Sequence record: MZ311861.1
Length of the DNA: 39,091 bases
Origin: Escherichia phage vB_EcoP_LNA5
Direction: 5' to 3' (one strand)
This document shows positions 26,501 through 34,583 of the stretch, one piece after another (position 1 is the first letter of the stretch; every line of letters begins with the position of its first letter). The translations under genes were made by a program, and so were the position numbers. The notes beneath the pieces are model-generated. The model did no database searches. It was not told the origin of the DNA and was given only the letters and a program-made list of their open reading frames with translations.

Positions 26501-27417
26501 AGTTGAGCACCAGTCCCGGCCTTGGCCTTCTCTTGGTCCAACTTCTGGTTCTCAAGCGCCAAGTTAATCAGCTCAGTCAGGTTCTGAGGGGAACCACCAG
26601 TGATGACTCCGTAATACTGAGGCAGAACCCCAGCGTTACGAATCTGGTCCAGCTCCTCACGAGACCACTTATGGTTATTCCATCGGGTTGGGTTGAACAC
26701 ATCGCCAATGACATCCAGTGAGTCCTCAGTCTGACCAGCTCTGATAGCCACGCCGACCATAGAGTTCTTCACTTCAGCTTCTGTAGCCGCACCGAAACCG
26801 AACCACGTAGAGCGATCCTCTCGTTCCTGCATGGTCTCGCCAGTAGCCTTATAGAACATCTCACCGAACGATTCGTTGGGAGCTTCAGGTGCTTGACCCT
26901 CAATGTTTAGACCAGCAGCGGTCGGAAGGTTCTCACCCAGAGCTACTTTAGGTTTAGCCTTGAGTCCTTCCGTGAGTGCGTCAAATACGTTAGCGCTTAC
27001 TGGTGGAGTCTTTGGGCTAATGCCATTGAGTGCTCGTGCGACTCCCTTCTGATAGACTTCAGGGTCGTACCGTGAGCCTGTCTCATGGTAGCCGATAGCC
27101 TCAGACAGAGAGGCGAGGACATCAGGGTTCGTCAGGTCGATACTTTGTGTTGCCGGGATGCCCGTAGCCGAAGCCACTGACTGAATGTACGCCTGAGTGT
27201 CGTTCTCGTTAGGCGGTGCCCAGCGGGTGATAATCTTCTCGATAGAGTCATAACCTTGGCGACCATAGCTTTGAAGGTTTTTAGCTAAGGCTCGGACCCC
27301 AGATTCAGGACTATCGAAGATAACGAACGCACCATCATCACCTATAGCACCTTCCCATTGGTCTTTGGACTTACGGAGGTTCCCGGGGTTTGAGTTCCTT
27401 ACTCCACGTGTTGCCAT
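23530..27417 (-). CDS. internal virion protein D gp16 with non-T7 N-terminal domain
   Basis: 1295 aa; from about residue 200 onward collinear with recalled T7 gp16 (..TWFGF..A.EAE..NS.., ..GVDPL.YVP..G.., ..RLEARETARN.., ..DLVRSPTGMQSGASGK.., ..AMDLWR.., C-terminal ..NDP.TQ.L.L..); N-terminal about 130 aa (MATRGVRNSNPGNLRKSKDQWEGA..WAPPNENDT..) differ from the recalled T7 transglycosylase domain; GAGGAG upstream. Confidence 0.93.
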   Translation of the reverse strand: MATRGVRNSNPGNLRKSKDQWEGAIGDDGAFVIFDSPESGVRALAKNLQSYGRQGYDSIEKIITRWAPPNENDTQAYIQSVASATGIPATQSIDLTNPDVLASLSEAIGYHETGSRYDPEVYQKGVARALNGISPKTPPVSANVFDALTEGLKAKPKVALGENLPTAAGLNIEGQAPEAPNESFGEMFYKATGETMQEREDRSTWFGFGAATEAEVKNSMVGVAIRAGQTEDSLDVIGDVFNPTRWNNHKWSREELDQIRNAGVLPQYYGVITGGSPQNLTELINLALENQKLDQEKAKAGTGAQLAAGVIGAGVDPLTYVPIAGQVGKGGKLVNKMFTVAAQSGAMAGASEIARTSVAGGDAHVAEAIMGGALFGGGMTAIGDAIGKALGKSTNEFAGPATRLEARETARNVDGQDLSRMPIREGEETFSHQGVKFADVPNEPGSVRLEDGSILIGENPLNPKTRKVFDEVIEPERAAAGVNLGGLTEIGLKLLRSENPEIRGVAADLVRSPTGMQSGASGKIGTTASDVFERLRAVDHRFYNDIDDAVTEALKDPYFQTAFWRDSGAFRQDIYQRVSMAIEDGSGNLKAELTPGELKVYDLLKNQFDAKREMMENPAMFGRPDAQSIFPGSRFKGTYVPHVYSNQMKELYIKELGSPEALQEAIKKSWLTSYASRPEVKKRVDEALLEADPTLTPEGLAAAVDKYANDKAYGISHTEQFERSSVMEENINGLVGLENNSFLEARNLFDSDMSIVLPNGQTFSVNNLREWDMDKIVPAYNRRVNGDIAIMAGTGKTTKDMKDLVETLMNKAGDDGKLKGEVSTLRDTLKILTGRARRDGADDAAFATVMRTMTDLSFFAKNAYMGVQNLTEIGGMLARGNVRAMLHGVPIFRDLAFRNKKVGASEIKDLHNVIFGKELDDSIRPSKQDVIDRLRSYSDLGRGTATALGTAKYYTGELAVRSPFTKVLNGTTNYLLDAGRQGFLSDIVEHSLTGSKRKFDDRWLKTAGISDEQWKGIKSLIRESVTRGPDGKYTIKDKKAFSQDPRAMDLWRMGDTIADETLLRPHKLSNMDAKAYGPIAKTVLQFKNFVIKSINGRTMRTFYNATKNNRAMDAALSTVMSMGLAGMYYMAQAHIKAYAMQDGRDREYLKQALNPTMIGYAALSRSSHLGGPLGVANILGGIAGYEDTKMLRSSILPRSPTEKTEKPIAFGAASSGPVMNVVGNFLEQVPAFGYAANVGATAYNLAGYLKADTRVNERDYMTGMYNTFRELVPNDPITQKLLLGTFEEQGIHIKD

Positions 27418-27848
27418 GTCTTTCTCCTCAAGATATTTCTAATAGAAACCGTACTCACTCCATAGCGTTCCGCCAAGAGTGAAACCTTTAGGCCGCTGGA
27501 CCTTATGTCTCTCACAGTTTCCTCAGTGAGCTTAGACACTCCTATGGAGCATCCTGACGCTTGGCGACCTCTATTCACCTTATCCTTTATGTTATCGGCT
27601 TGGGTGCCGACTTCAAGGTGTCTGGGGTTTATACAGGACGGGTTGTCACACTTGTGGCGGACAACGTACCCATCGGGTATAGGACCGTTAGCAAGCTCGT
27701 AAGCAAGTCTGTGCGCTCCATACTTTACCCTATTAATCATTATCCTTCCATAGCCGGACTTCTCAATGCTTCCGGTGAAGCGGATACAGCCAGACTCTTC
27801 TGTTACTGACAGTTCTGCCAGTCTCTCACTGGCTGTCCCGTTCTTCAT
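27399..27848 (-). CDS. HNH homing-type endonuclease
   Basis: 149-aa ORF with HNH signature ..GYVVRHKCDNPSCINPRHLEVGTQADN.. and helix-turn-helix-like C-terminal region; AAGGAG 6 nt upstream; starts 2 nt after the gp15 stop and overlaps the gp16 start by 19 nt. Confidence 0.85.
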   Translation of the reverse strand: MKNGTASERLAELSVTEESGCIRFTGSIEKSGYGRIMINRVKYGAHRLAYELANGPIPDGYVVRHKCDNPSCINPRHLEVGTQADNIKDKVNRGRQASGCSIGVSKLTEETVRDIRSSGLKVSLLAERYGVSTVSIRNILRRKTWQHVE

Positions 27849-27850
27849 GT

Positions 27851-30133
27851 TTACTCCTTACCTATTAAGGTGTTTGCGATACCTTCCAGTGAGACATCAG
27901 AGTACAGGCCTCCACGATTCTGGATGTTGCCCTCGCGTTCAGCTCGACGCTTATCGCCAGCCGCTTTAGTCTCGACAATGCGAGCGCGGGTGTTGGCTTT
28001 ACGTTCTGCCTCAGCGTATGCTTTATCCTCAGCCTGTTTCTGCTGTTCACGGTACAGTTTGCCTACCACGTCCTTATCGTACTTGATACGAATAGTCCCC
28101 GTAGCGTCTTGGAGGAAGATAGAGCCGTTCTGTTCAACGACGGACAACTGAGAGTTCACTACCCAAGGGTTGGCCTTAATGAGCTGCTGACGAGCGGTGT
28201 CGATAATGTCTCTACCCACCTGCCACGACTCTGGGTTATCCCCGACCATAAGCTGGTGTTTGGAAACCATGCCGATGGACTTACCGTCAGAACCTTCAGA
28301 CTGGAACGTTACGGTGTTCTCATTCAGCCAGCGTTGAGTCTGCTGCGTTGCAGCGTCAGCGTTACCTGTACGATAGTACCATGAGTCCCAGACCTTACGA
28401 GCACTTGAGTCTAGAGACGTAGGAAGACGCGAAAGGTCCTTATTCCGAGAGTCGTTCTTCAACTCCTGCCACGCCTTGTCTGACTCCATGCGCATCTCAC
28501 GGCTTTGACTTGCAGCTTGCTTATCAGCTTCAATCATCGTCTGAGGGTCCAGGCCCATCTTGTCCATCTGGTCGAACGTAGAGAACAACTGAGCTTGGTC
28601 AGGATACAGAGCAGCGAAACTTGAAGGGTCCTGAGTGTAGGCACGACGAAGAGACTCGAAGCGTTTCATCTTGTCTGGGTCGTACTGTCCACGGATGACA
28701 GCAGCTTGCCACTCACCAGCAGCGTCCTGAGTAAGCGTCTGGAAGGCATTACGGAACGGACCGTTGTTAGTGTCAGCTCTTAACAATGCCACCTTCTGGG
28801 CGTCCTTAGCAGCCTCAGGGATGTCCATCTGGTCAATCTGCTGTAGCTTAGAAGACGCATAGTTGTTCATGTCTGAACGCTTGAACTCTCCTGTGGATTC
28901 AGAGACCGGAAGGTCCTCATAGTTGGTGGACACGTTGTCTCCAGCCAGACGTCGCTGATAAACTTGGTCAATGACCAGTTGCTTGTTCTGGGTCTGGATT
29001 AACTTCGTGTTCTCCTTCGCCTGTTCAGCAGACTTACGCTTGACCGCTTCCAGTAAGCTGGCTTCGGCATTAATAAGCATCTGACGCTGAGGCGTAAGTT
29101 CTTCACCCGGCTGAAGCAGGTTGTTCTGCTCCTTGAGTTTCTGAATCTGGGCAAGACCGATGGTTGGGTCGTCCTGAAGAATCGCAGACTGAACTCCTAA
29201 CGCTAAGTCTTCCTGATACTTAGCAACCAGCTTGTACTCAGTTCCTTGTGCCTCAACAATAGCAGCGTTGAAGACATCAGGTCCTACAATCTCTTCGACT
29301 GTAGCGTCCACGCCGTTAAGGGTGATTCTCTCGCCTCGTACTTGCTGTAGGAAGTTTGAGCCGCCGGACTTCTGGATTGCGTCACGGACCGTCTGGGTAA
29401 TGACCTCCCGTGCTCTCTGGTCCGAAGGTATAGCAGCAGTCGTCAATCCATCCCGAAGGTAGGCCATGAATGTCTTGCCAGACTCAGGTGAACGCATCAG
29501 GTCGCCATCGTTCAGGAATGAGTTCATCTCAATACGAGTGTTCAACATTGCTGTCTCTTCAGACTGCTTGCTGAAATACTTATTGAAAGACCCATAGATA
29601 GCGATGTTTCTGTCCGTGATGTTATCGTTGAAGCCACGCTGGAAGAACTCGTCGGTAGGGTTAATACCTGCCTCTTCAGCATAGGACTTAGCGGCATCCT
29701 GAAGTCGCTGGTGGCGATACTCTTCCATGTCCTGACGTGTACGGAACTCACCGTTCTGAATCTTAACGTTAATCTCGTCGTCTACAGCAAAGGCAGCATT
29801 ACGACCAGTCTTGACTCGAAGTGCTTCCATAGCGTAAGGGTCATCCTGATACAGCAATGTACCATTCTGGATAGCCTCACGTCTTTGCTGAGGTGTCAGC
29901 TTACGGATAATCTCGTTAGACCTATCGTCGGCCCGTGTCTTTTCATCGTCCTTGAACTGCTTGTACAATCCTGTCCCAGACTCAACGAAGTTGGTTAACG
30001 CACGAGCCAGACCGGAGTCACCAGTCGGAGCCTGAACGCTGGCTGCTTGATAGTTGACGGCGATAGTTTTACCCGGCGCTCTGCCGCGACCCATAGTCCG
30101 ATTAGCCAGAGCTGATTCAATATTACTAGCCAT
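27851..30133 (-). CDS. internal virion protein C gp15
   Basis: Recalled collinear similarity to T7 gp15 (..ERSNEIIRKLTP.QRREA..NGTLLYQDDPYAMEALRVKTGRNAA.., ..EEYRH.RLQ.., ..NPW..N.QL..). Confidence 0.95.
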   Translation of the reverse strand: MASNIESALANRTMGRGRAPGKTIAVNYQAASVQAPTGDSGLARALTNFVESGTGLYKQFKDDEKTRADDRSNEIIRKLTPQQRREAIQNGTLLYQDDPYAMEALRVKTGRNAAFAVDDEINVKIQNGEFRTRQDMEEYRHQRLQDAAKSYAEEAGINPTDEFFQRGFNDNITDRNIAIYGSFNKYFSKQSEETAMLNTRIEMNSFLNDGDLMRSPESGKTFMAYLRDGLTTAAIPSDQRAREVITQTVRDAIQKSGGSNFLQQVRGERITLNGVDATVEEIVGPDVFNAAIVEAQGTEYKLVAKYQEDLALGVQSAILQDDPTIGLAQIQKLKEQNNLLQPGEELTPQRQMLINAEASLLEAVKRKSAEQAKENTKLIQTQNKQLVIDQVYQRRLAGDNVSTNYEDLPVSESTGEFKRSDMNNYASSKLQQIDQMDIPEAAKDAQKVALLRADTNNGPFRNAFQTLTQDAAGEWQAAVIRGQYDPDKMKRFESLRRAYTQDPSSFAALYPDQAQLFSTFDQMDKMGLDPQTMIEADKQAASQSREMRMESDKAWQELKNDSRNKDLSRLPTSLDSSARKVWDSWYYRTGNADAATQQTQRWLNENTVTFQSEGSDGKSIGMVSKHQLMVGDNPESWQVGRDIIDTARQQLIKANPWVVNSQLSVVEQNGSIFLQDATGTIRIKYDKDVVGKLYREQQKQAEDKAYAEAERKANTRARIVETKAAGDKRRAEREGNIQNRGGLYSDVSLEGIANTLIGKE

Positions 30134-30144
30134 TAGTCCTCCTC

Positions 30145-30732
30145 TTAGCTATGACCTGTAGGTGTGCCTTTAGCAGCACTAATTGGTGCAGCACCACCAG
30201 AGCTTGACGCTCCAGAGATTGACTTACCAGCGGCGTAACCTTGCATCCCTGCTGTAGCAACATTAAGTGCATGAGCCAGTGGGCTGGTCTTGATGATTTT
30301 ACCTTGACCACGGATAGCAGACTTTGTGTTCTCAATGTTGGCGATACGGTTCCCGAAGATAGCCGCATAGTCGCGGTTGTAACTTTCGGTAATCCCTGCT
30401 CGCTCCTTGACTGTATCTCCTGCGACCTGACGTTCAATCCTGTCCATAGAGTTACCTTCCAGACCGGACTCAGCCACCGCAGCTCGGACCATACCCTGAT
30501 TGCGGATACCGTTGAGCGTGGTCTCTGTCAGTTCAGCCATCTGCTGCTCCTTCAGGTCTCGCTCCTGCATCCTCAGGTTGGCGTCAGAGTAGTTCATCTG
30601 CTTAACCATTTCCTGAGCCTGTCGGTTCTGAGCGTCAATTGCTGCACCTTCGGCCTTGGCCTGTTGGGATGCGGACATAGTGGCCCCGGCTACAGACAGT
30701 ACACCCATGCCTATGCTAATTGGCTCGCACAT
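30145..30732 (-). CDS. internal virion protein B gp14
   Basis: 195-aa ORF; recalled T7 gp14-like features (N-terminal MC.., ..LEG.SMDRI.R.., ..NYRRDY.AIF..); synteny between gp13 and gp15. Confidence 0.85.
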   Translation of the reverse strand: MCEPISIGMGVLSVAGATMSASQQAKAEGAAIDAQNRQAQEMVKQMNYSDANLRMQERDLKEQQMAELTETTLNGIRNQGMVRAAVAESGLEGNSMDRIERQVAGDTVKERAGITESYNRDYAAIFGNRIANIENTKSAIRGQGKIIKTSPLAHALNVATAGMQGYAAGKSISGASSSGGAAPISAAKGTPTGHS

Positions 30733-31187
30733 ACGTCCTCCTTAGAGATAGTGAATAATTGAAAACGCTCACCAGTTACCGGGCTTACAGCCCAATCATC
30801 ATGGAATTTAGCGCCAAGCAACTTCAAGAATTTAATGTGAGACTTATTGCCTGACCACACGTAGTTCCAGATGGTCCCGTATTGGTCTAACATTAAGTCC
30901 CTGTACTCAGAGATACACTTTATGAACTCTCTCTTCTCTTTAGGCACCAGCTTGTAGACCAGACCAGAAGTCAAGAACCATACGTTATCCCCTTGGTTTC
31001 CACCATAGGCAAACACTTCACCTACACCGTTCGTTAAAACCACAGATGATGGAGATAGGTGCTTAAGCAGTCTCTCTGAGAGACCCACGGTTGACCCGTA
31101 GTTTGCTTTGCATTCATTAACATCATCTGCTGAAAGATGCCACAGAAAGTAGTGGACATCTGGTTCCGTAGCCTTGCGAATATACAT
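30711..31187 (-). CDS. internal virion protein gp13 (by synteny)
   Basis: 158-aa ORF directly downstream of the phi13-position promoter with AAGGAG upstream; overlaps the gp14 start; assigned by position. Confidence 0.7.
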   Translation of the reverse strand: MYIRKATEPDVHYFLWHLSADDVNECKANYGSTVGLSERLLKHLSPSSVVLTNGVGEVFAYGGNQGDNVWFLTSGLVYKLVPKEKREFIKCISEYRDLMLDQYGTIWNYVWSGNKSHIKFLKLLGAKFHDDWAVSPVTGERFQLFTISKEDVCASQLA

Positions 31188-31219
31188 AAAGTCTCCTTAT
31201 AACCTTAAGGGCCTATAGT

Positions 31220-31238
31220 CCCTATAGTGATAGTTAAG
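31220..31238 (-). promoter_or_regulatory. phage RNAP promoter (phi13 position), flanked by a 12-bp inverted repeat
   Basis: ccctatagtgatagttaag; flanked by aagggcctatag (31207..31218) and ctataggccctt (31245..31256). Confidence 0.85.
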
Positions 31239-31263
31239 GTAAATCTATAGGCCCTTCAATAAG

Positions 31264-33621
31264 TTAGACGGAACGAGCTTTCTTAGCGTATGACGCCTCC
31301 CAGCCACACCCAACGATGGACACCGGGGTAGGATAGTCGGACTCTAAGGTTAGACTCGTGGTTAATGCGTTACCATTCATAGCGAAGCGATACTGACCGT
31401 CACCAATGTTGGTAGTCCCAATGGTCTGCTGACCAAGGGTGTACCCATTAAAGGTATTCACGAACTCCCGCTCACCGTTTCTGACAATGAGTCTAAGAGC
31501 GCCAGTGTCCTTGTAGTTGACCCAAGCCCGACGAAGTTGTAGACGACCAGTGTCTTCAGACTGAGTGCCACTCTCGTCTTCAATCTTAATCAGGAACCGT
31601 GAGAACTTGTAGGACATCAGATAAGACCGTCCGATGAACACTGTACGTCCTGACCAATCACCATTGAGTACAGCCACAGTTGAGATGTCGGTCAATTCAC
31701 CAAGGTCCACGTAGGCACCCTGACTGTCAATCAGATAGTACCTACCGGGAGACGGAGCGTTTCCACCATAAGCAGAACCAATGTCAACCGTAGTCTTATA
31801 GGTGTCAGCGTTGTATGAGCCAATTGGGATTACCATAGACACCTTGGAGTCAACGTGGAGTCTATATGGCTCTAACGGAAAGTCAGTTGCCTCCTTGATG
31901 AACTTAAGGTGCTCAAGGTCCACGCCGCCTTGGTGCTGACGAACAATGAACATGGTAGAGCCAATCGACGCAGACGCCAGAATCTTATCAGCTTTAGGGA
32001 ACTCCCAGTGCGACCAAGAGGCTTGAAGCTGTACGCCGTCCTTAAACAAGAACTTGTAGAGGTAGATTCGGTTGTATGCACCTGTAGAGTTGACGCAGAT
32101 GTAGTTCTCAGTCCCTGTCCCCTGAATGTCAAACACCCCGTTAGGGATATAGGACAGTACGTGACCAGTGGTATCATCGGCATCCTTCACGTCAGACACA
32201 TCTGCTACAGCGAAGTATCGCTTAATGCTGGTGAATGACCCACGAGGCGCTGAGAAGAAGACTGAGCGTCCTACAGCGAACGGTCTGGCATTATCTCCTA
32301 AAGCAAACTCTGAGCCTACATCAAGCTGGATAGACTTCGAGGTAAGGACCCCAGAGCTTGTCATCACGAACTGCACCTCATCCGACCAAAGTAGTAGCTG
32401 CTCGCTAAACGGAACGGCATACTTAAGGATTGAGATTCTAGGATGACTTACAGCTACGTCAATAGGATCATCATCACTCAGTGTAGCCACACTCTTAGGG
32501 AAGAACGCAAAGTAGCTGGCTGAACGGCTCATGATTACGTTCTCGCCTGACAAGAACCCCAGCCTATTCCTGTAGAAGAACACATCGTTAATCGTAGCAT
32601 CCACGAAGCTAGGCATAGGGTTTGTGTCATCATTACCAGCACCACGATTAGACCAGTCCAGAGTCTTGAACTCAAAGGAGCCGTCAGATTGTCTCACCAG
32701 AGCATGAGGCATTGTGGTGTTATCGAACCCAGTGACCACTCCCGGCTCTACTGTCTCCTTCCACGTCTTAGTGTTGGAGTCATACATCACGTAATATTCA
32801 TCGGCGCTACTGTTGGTCTCACCTTGAATCTTAATGATGTACCCATTTGGAGCTGCAAGAGGCAACTTAGAGATTGTTTGCACCGTGTCGAGTACTGGGC
32901 TGATTAGCTGGTTAGCATAGCCATCCTCCGTCTCCACTGAGTTAATGTCAGTCCCTGAAGGGGCAGTGATTAACAGGAATCCAGACCCAAGGTCGAACGT
33001 GAAGGTAGGGTAAGCAGCAACAAGAAGGTCTCTCAGAGCTGCACCGATTGCTTGAGCGTCCACCTTAGGTGGGTCATTCTCGGCATCATTACCTGCTGGT
33101 AGCTTATGCGAGACCTTAACGCCACCGTTGATTCCCACCTTAAGGGTTCGACCATACTGTCCGCCACGCAGGTTAATTAAAGCTCGTGCTTTGCGGTTAT
33201 AACCAGAGTGTGACTTCTCGCTTCCACCTTTAACGACAACCTTACGGTTCACGATGAACGTATAGTCTGCAACAGTAACGACACGGATGTCATCTCGCGG
33301 GTTGGACGACTTAACGTAATCTACCGCACCGGAAACTGAGTATTGATTACCACTCAAGTCAACTACCTGAATGTTTGACCCGTTGAACACGATGTAATAC
33401 TGCTCATGCTCGTCACGGTTAATCAGGTGGAACTTAGGGTTGCTCCCAACGTCGATGTTAAGACGTCTCTTGAAGACTGTAGGTGGACGCTTCTGTAGGC
33501 CATCACTCTCTGATGACCAGCAGTTTACCTGTTCCTCGCCTTGGTCCGAGAACCTCAGGATGTCTGGCTGCTGGCTAATGCCACCTTTAAGGTTCTTGAT
33601 TGATTGAGTAATTAGTGGCAT
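31264..33621 (-). CDS. tail tubular protein B gp12
   Basis: Recalled collinear similarity to T7 gp12 (M.LI.QSIKNLKGGISQQPDILR.., ..HLINRDEHEQYY.VF.GS.I.V.DLSGN.., ..RLQLRRAWVNY.., ..IIGCGWE..Y); AAGGAGGG upstream. Confidence 0.95.
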   Translation of the reverse strand: MPLITQSIKNLKGGISQQPDILRFSDQGEEQVNCWSSESDGLQKRPPTVFKRRLNIDVGSNPKFHLINRDEHEQYYIVFNGSNIQVVDLSGNQYSVSGAVDYVKSSNPRDDIRVVTVADYTFIVNRKVVVKGGSEKSHSGYNRKARALINLRGGQYGRTLKVGINGGVKVSHKLPAGNDAENDPPKVDAQAIGAALRDLLVAAYPTFTFDLGSGFLLITAPSGTDINSVETEDGYANQLISPVLDTVQTISKLPLAAPNGYIIKIQGETNSSADEYYVMYDSNTKTWKETVEPGVVTGFDNTTMPHALVRQSDGSFEFKTLDWSNRGAGNDDTNPMPSFVDATINDVFFYRNRLGFLSGENVIMSRSASYFAFFPKSVATLSDDDPIDVAVSHPRISILKYAVPFSEQLLLWSDEVQFVMTSSGVLTSKSIQLDVGSEFALGDNARPFAVGRSVFFSAPRGSFTSIKRYFAVADVSDVKDADDTTGHVLSYIPNGVFDIQGTGTENYICVNSTGAYNRIYLYKFLFKDGVQLQASWSHWEFPKADKILASASIGSTMFIVRQHQGGVDLEHLKFIKEATDFPLEPYRLHVDSKVSMVIPIGSYNADTYKTTVDIGSAYGGNAPSPGRYYLIDSQGAYVDLGELTDISTVAVLNGDWSGRTVFIGRSYLMSYKFSRFLIKIEDESGTQSEDTGRLQLRRAWVNYKDTGALRLIVRNGEREFVNTFNGYTLGQQTIGTTNIGDGQYRFAMNGNALTTSLTLESDYPTPVSIVGCGWEASYAKKARSV

Positions 33622-33630
33622 AGGCCCTCC

Positions 33631-33858
33631 TTAAATCATACTCATTAGGACGTATCCCTCAGCGATGTCACCAACGTCAGCAATGTGGACAACCTTACGT
33701 GCTACCTGTTGTCCAGTATACCCGTTGTCCCACTCATTCAGGATAAGCCAGTCGCCAACCTTAAAGTCCCGGTCGTTAAGTCTCAGCTCTGCTGTCTTTA
33801 GACCCAGTTGTACCGGACCAAAGTGCTGGCGGTGAATCTTCAGGTTGTGACTAGCCAT
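33631..33858 (-). CDS. DUF3850/ASCH-like small protein inserted between tail tubular genes A and B
   Basis: 75-aa ORF (MASHNLKIHRQHFGPVQLGLKTAELRLNDRDFKVGDWLILNEWD..YTGQQV..V) fits the recalled DUF3850 pattern; GGGAGGG upstream; TAATG overlap with the gp11 stop. Confidence 0.7.
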   Translation of the reverse strand: MASHNLKIHRQHFGPVQLGLKTAELRLNDRDFKVGDWLILNEWDNGYTGQQVARKVVHIADVGDIAEGYVLMSMI

Positions 33859-34424
33859 TAGTCCCTCCCGATGTCGGACATCATGTTGTAGCGACCAGTG
33901 TCCATCTCGTACTCCATCACCTGCTGGTAGAGTTCTGCTTCCTGCTCACGAAGGTACAGTTCAGACTCTGGGCTACCGAAGAACTTAGCGTTGAACTCAC
34001 GGCTAGCCTTGGTAACGATGTAGTCACGGAATACTACAGGCATCTCAGCGAACGGTTTCATCTCCACCAGTTCGACTGTAATTGGTCCAGTGAAGGTCGT
34101 GGACTGAGTGGACAGGTCATAGAGATAGCCCCCCATGTTGCTGTAGTAACTGGTAGCACCAGCAGTCATGACCCGAAGGTAAGACGGCAGGAATCGAATC
34201 CTGTTGTCTTGGACATCAGGCGTCAGGACAGCAGCTTCGTTGATGTTAAAGTTCCAGCCTTTAGCTTGGACCTGACGATTAACACGATGCAGGATACGTT
34301 GAGCGTTCGAGACGTCAGCGTTACCTTCGTCAAGCTGTAGGACTGCTGGTTCACCAATAGCAGCTAACATATCGTTGATGGCATCTAAGTCATCGTTAGC
34401 ATTAAGTGGAATGTATTGAGACAT
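33858..34424 (-). CDS. tail tubular protein A gp11
   Basis: Recalled similarity to T7 gp11 (..L.A.NDILA.IGEP.V..L.., ..A.RIL...NRQ.Q..GW.FNI.E.., ..IVTKASR.FN..FFG.PE.., ..MEYEMD.G.YNM); AAGGAG upstream. Confidence 0.93.
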   Translation of the reverse strand: MSQYIPLNANDDLDAINDMLAAIGEPAVLQLDEGNADVSNAQRILHRVNRQVQAKGWNFNINEAAVLTPDVQDNRIRFLPSYLRVMTAGATSYYSNMGGYLYDLSTQSTTFTGPITVELVEMKPFAEMPVVFRDYIVTKASREFNAKFFGSPESELYLREQEAELYQQVMEYEMDTGRYNMMSDIGRD

Positions 34425-34435
34425 AGGTTTACTCC

Positions 34436-34525
34436 TTAGCGGTCATAGGGGCTAGACGGTGAGCTGGGCAGCAGGTACGCACAGAATAAGACGAATAGTG
34501 CTAACCCTGTGTAAATAAGGAACAT
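34436..34525 (-). CDS. possible 29-aa hydrophobic leader peptide between the T-phi-like terminator and gene 11
   Basis: AAGGAGGG 4 nt upstream of ATG; MFLIYTGLALFVLFCAYLLPSSPSSPYDR; its stop overlaps the gene 11 ribosome-binding site. Confidence 0.3.
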   Translation of the reverse strand: MFLIYTGLALFVLFCAYLLPSSPSSPYDR

Positions 34526-34540
34526 AGTCCCTCCTTAAGC

Positions 34541-34577
34541 AAAAAAACCCCTCAAGCACCCGAAGGCACCCAAGGGG
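34541..34577 (-). terminator. T-phi-like late terminator after the capsid gene
   Basis: Minus strand CCCCTTGGGTGCC-TTCG-GGTGCTTGAGGGG followed by TTTTTTT; closely resembles the recalled T7 T-phi sequence; 7 bp past the 10B stop. Confidence 0.85.
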
Positions 34578-34583
34578 TTTCAA

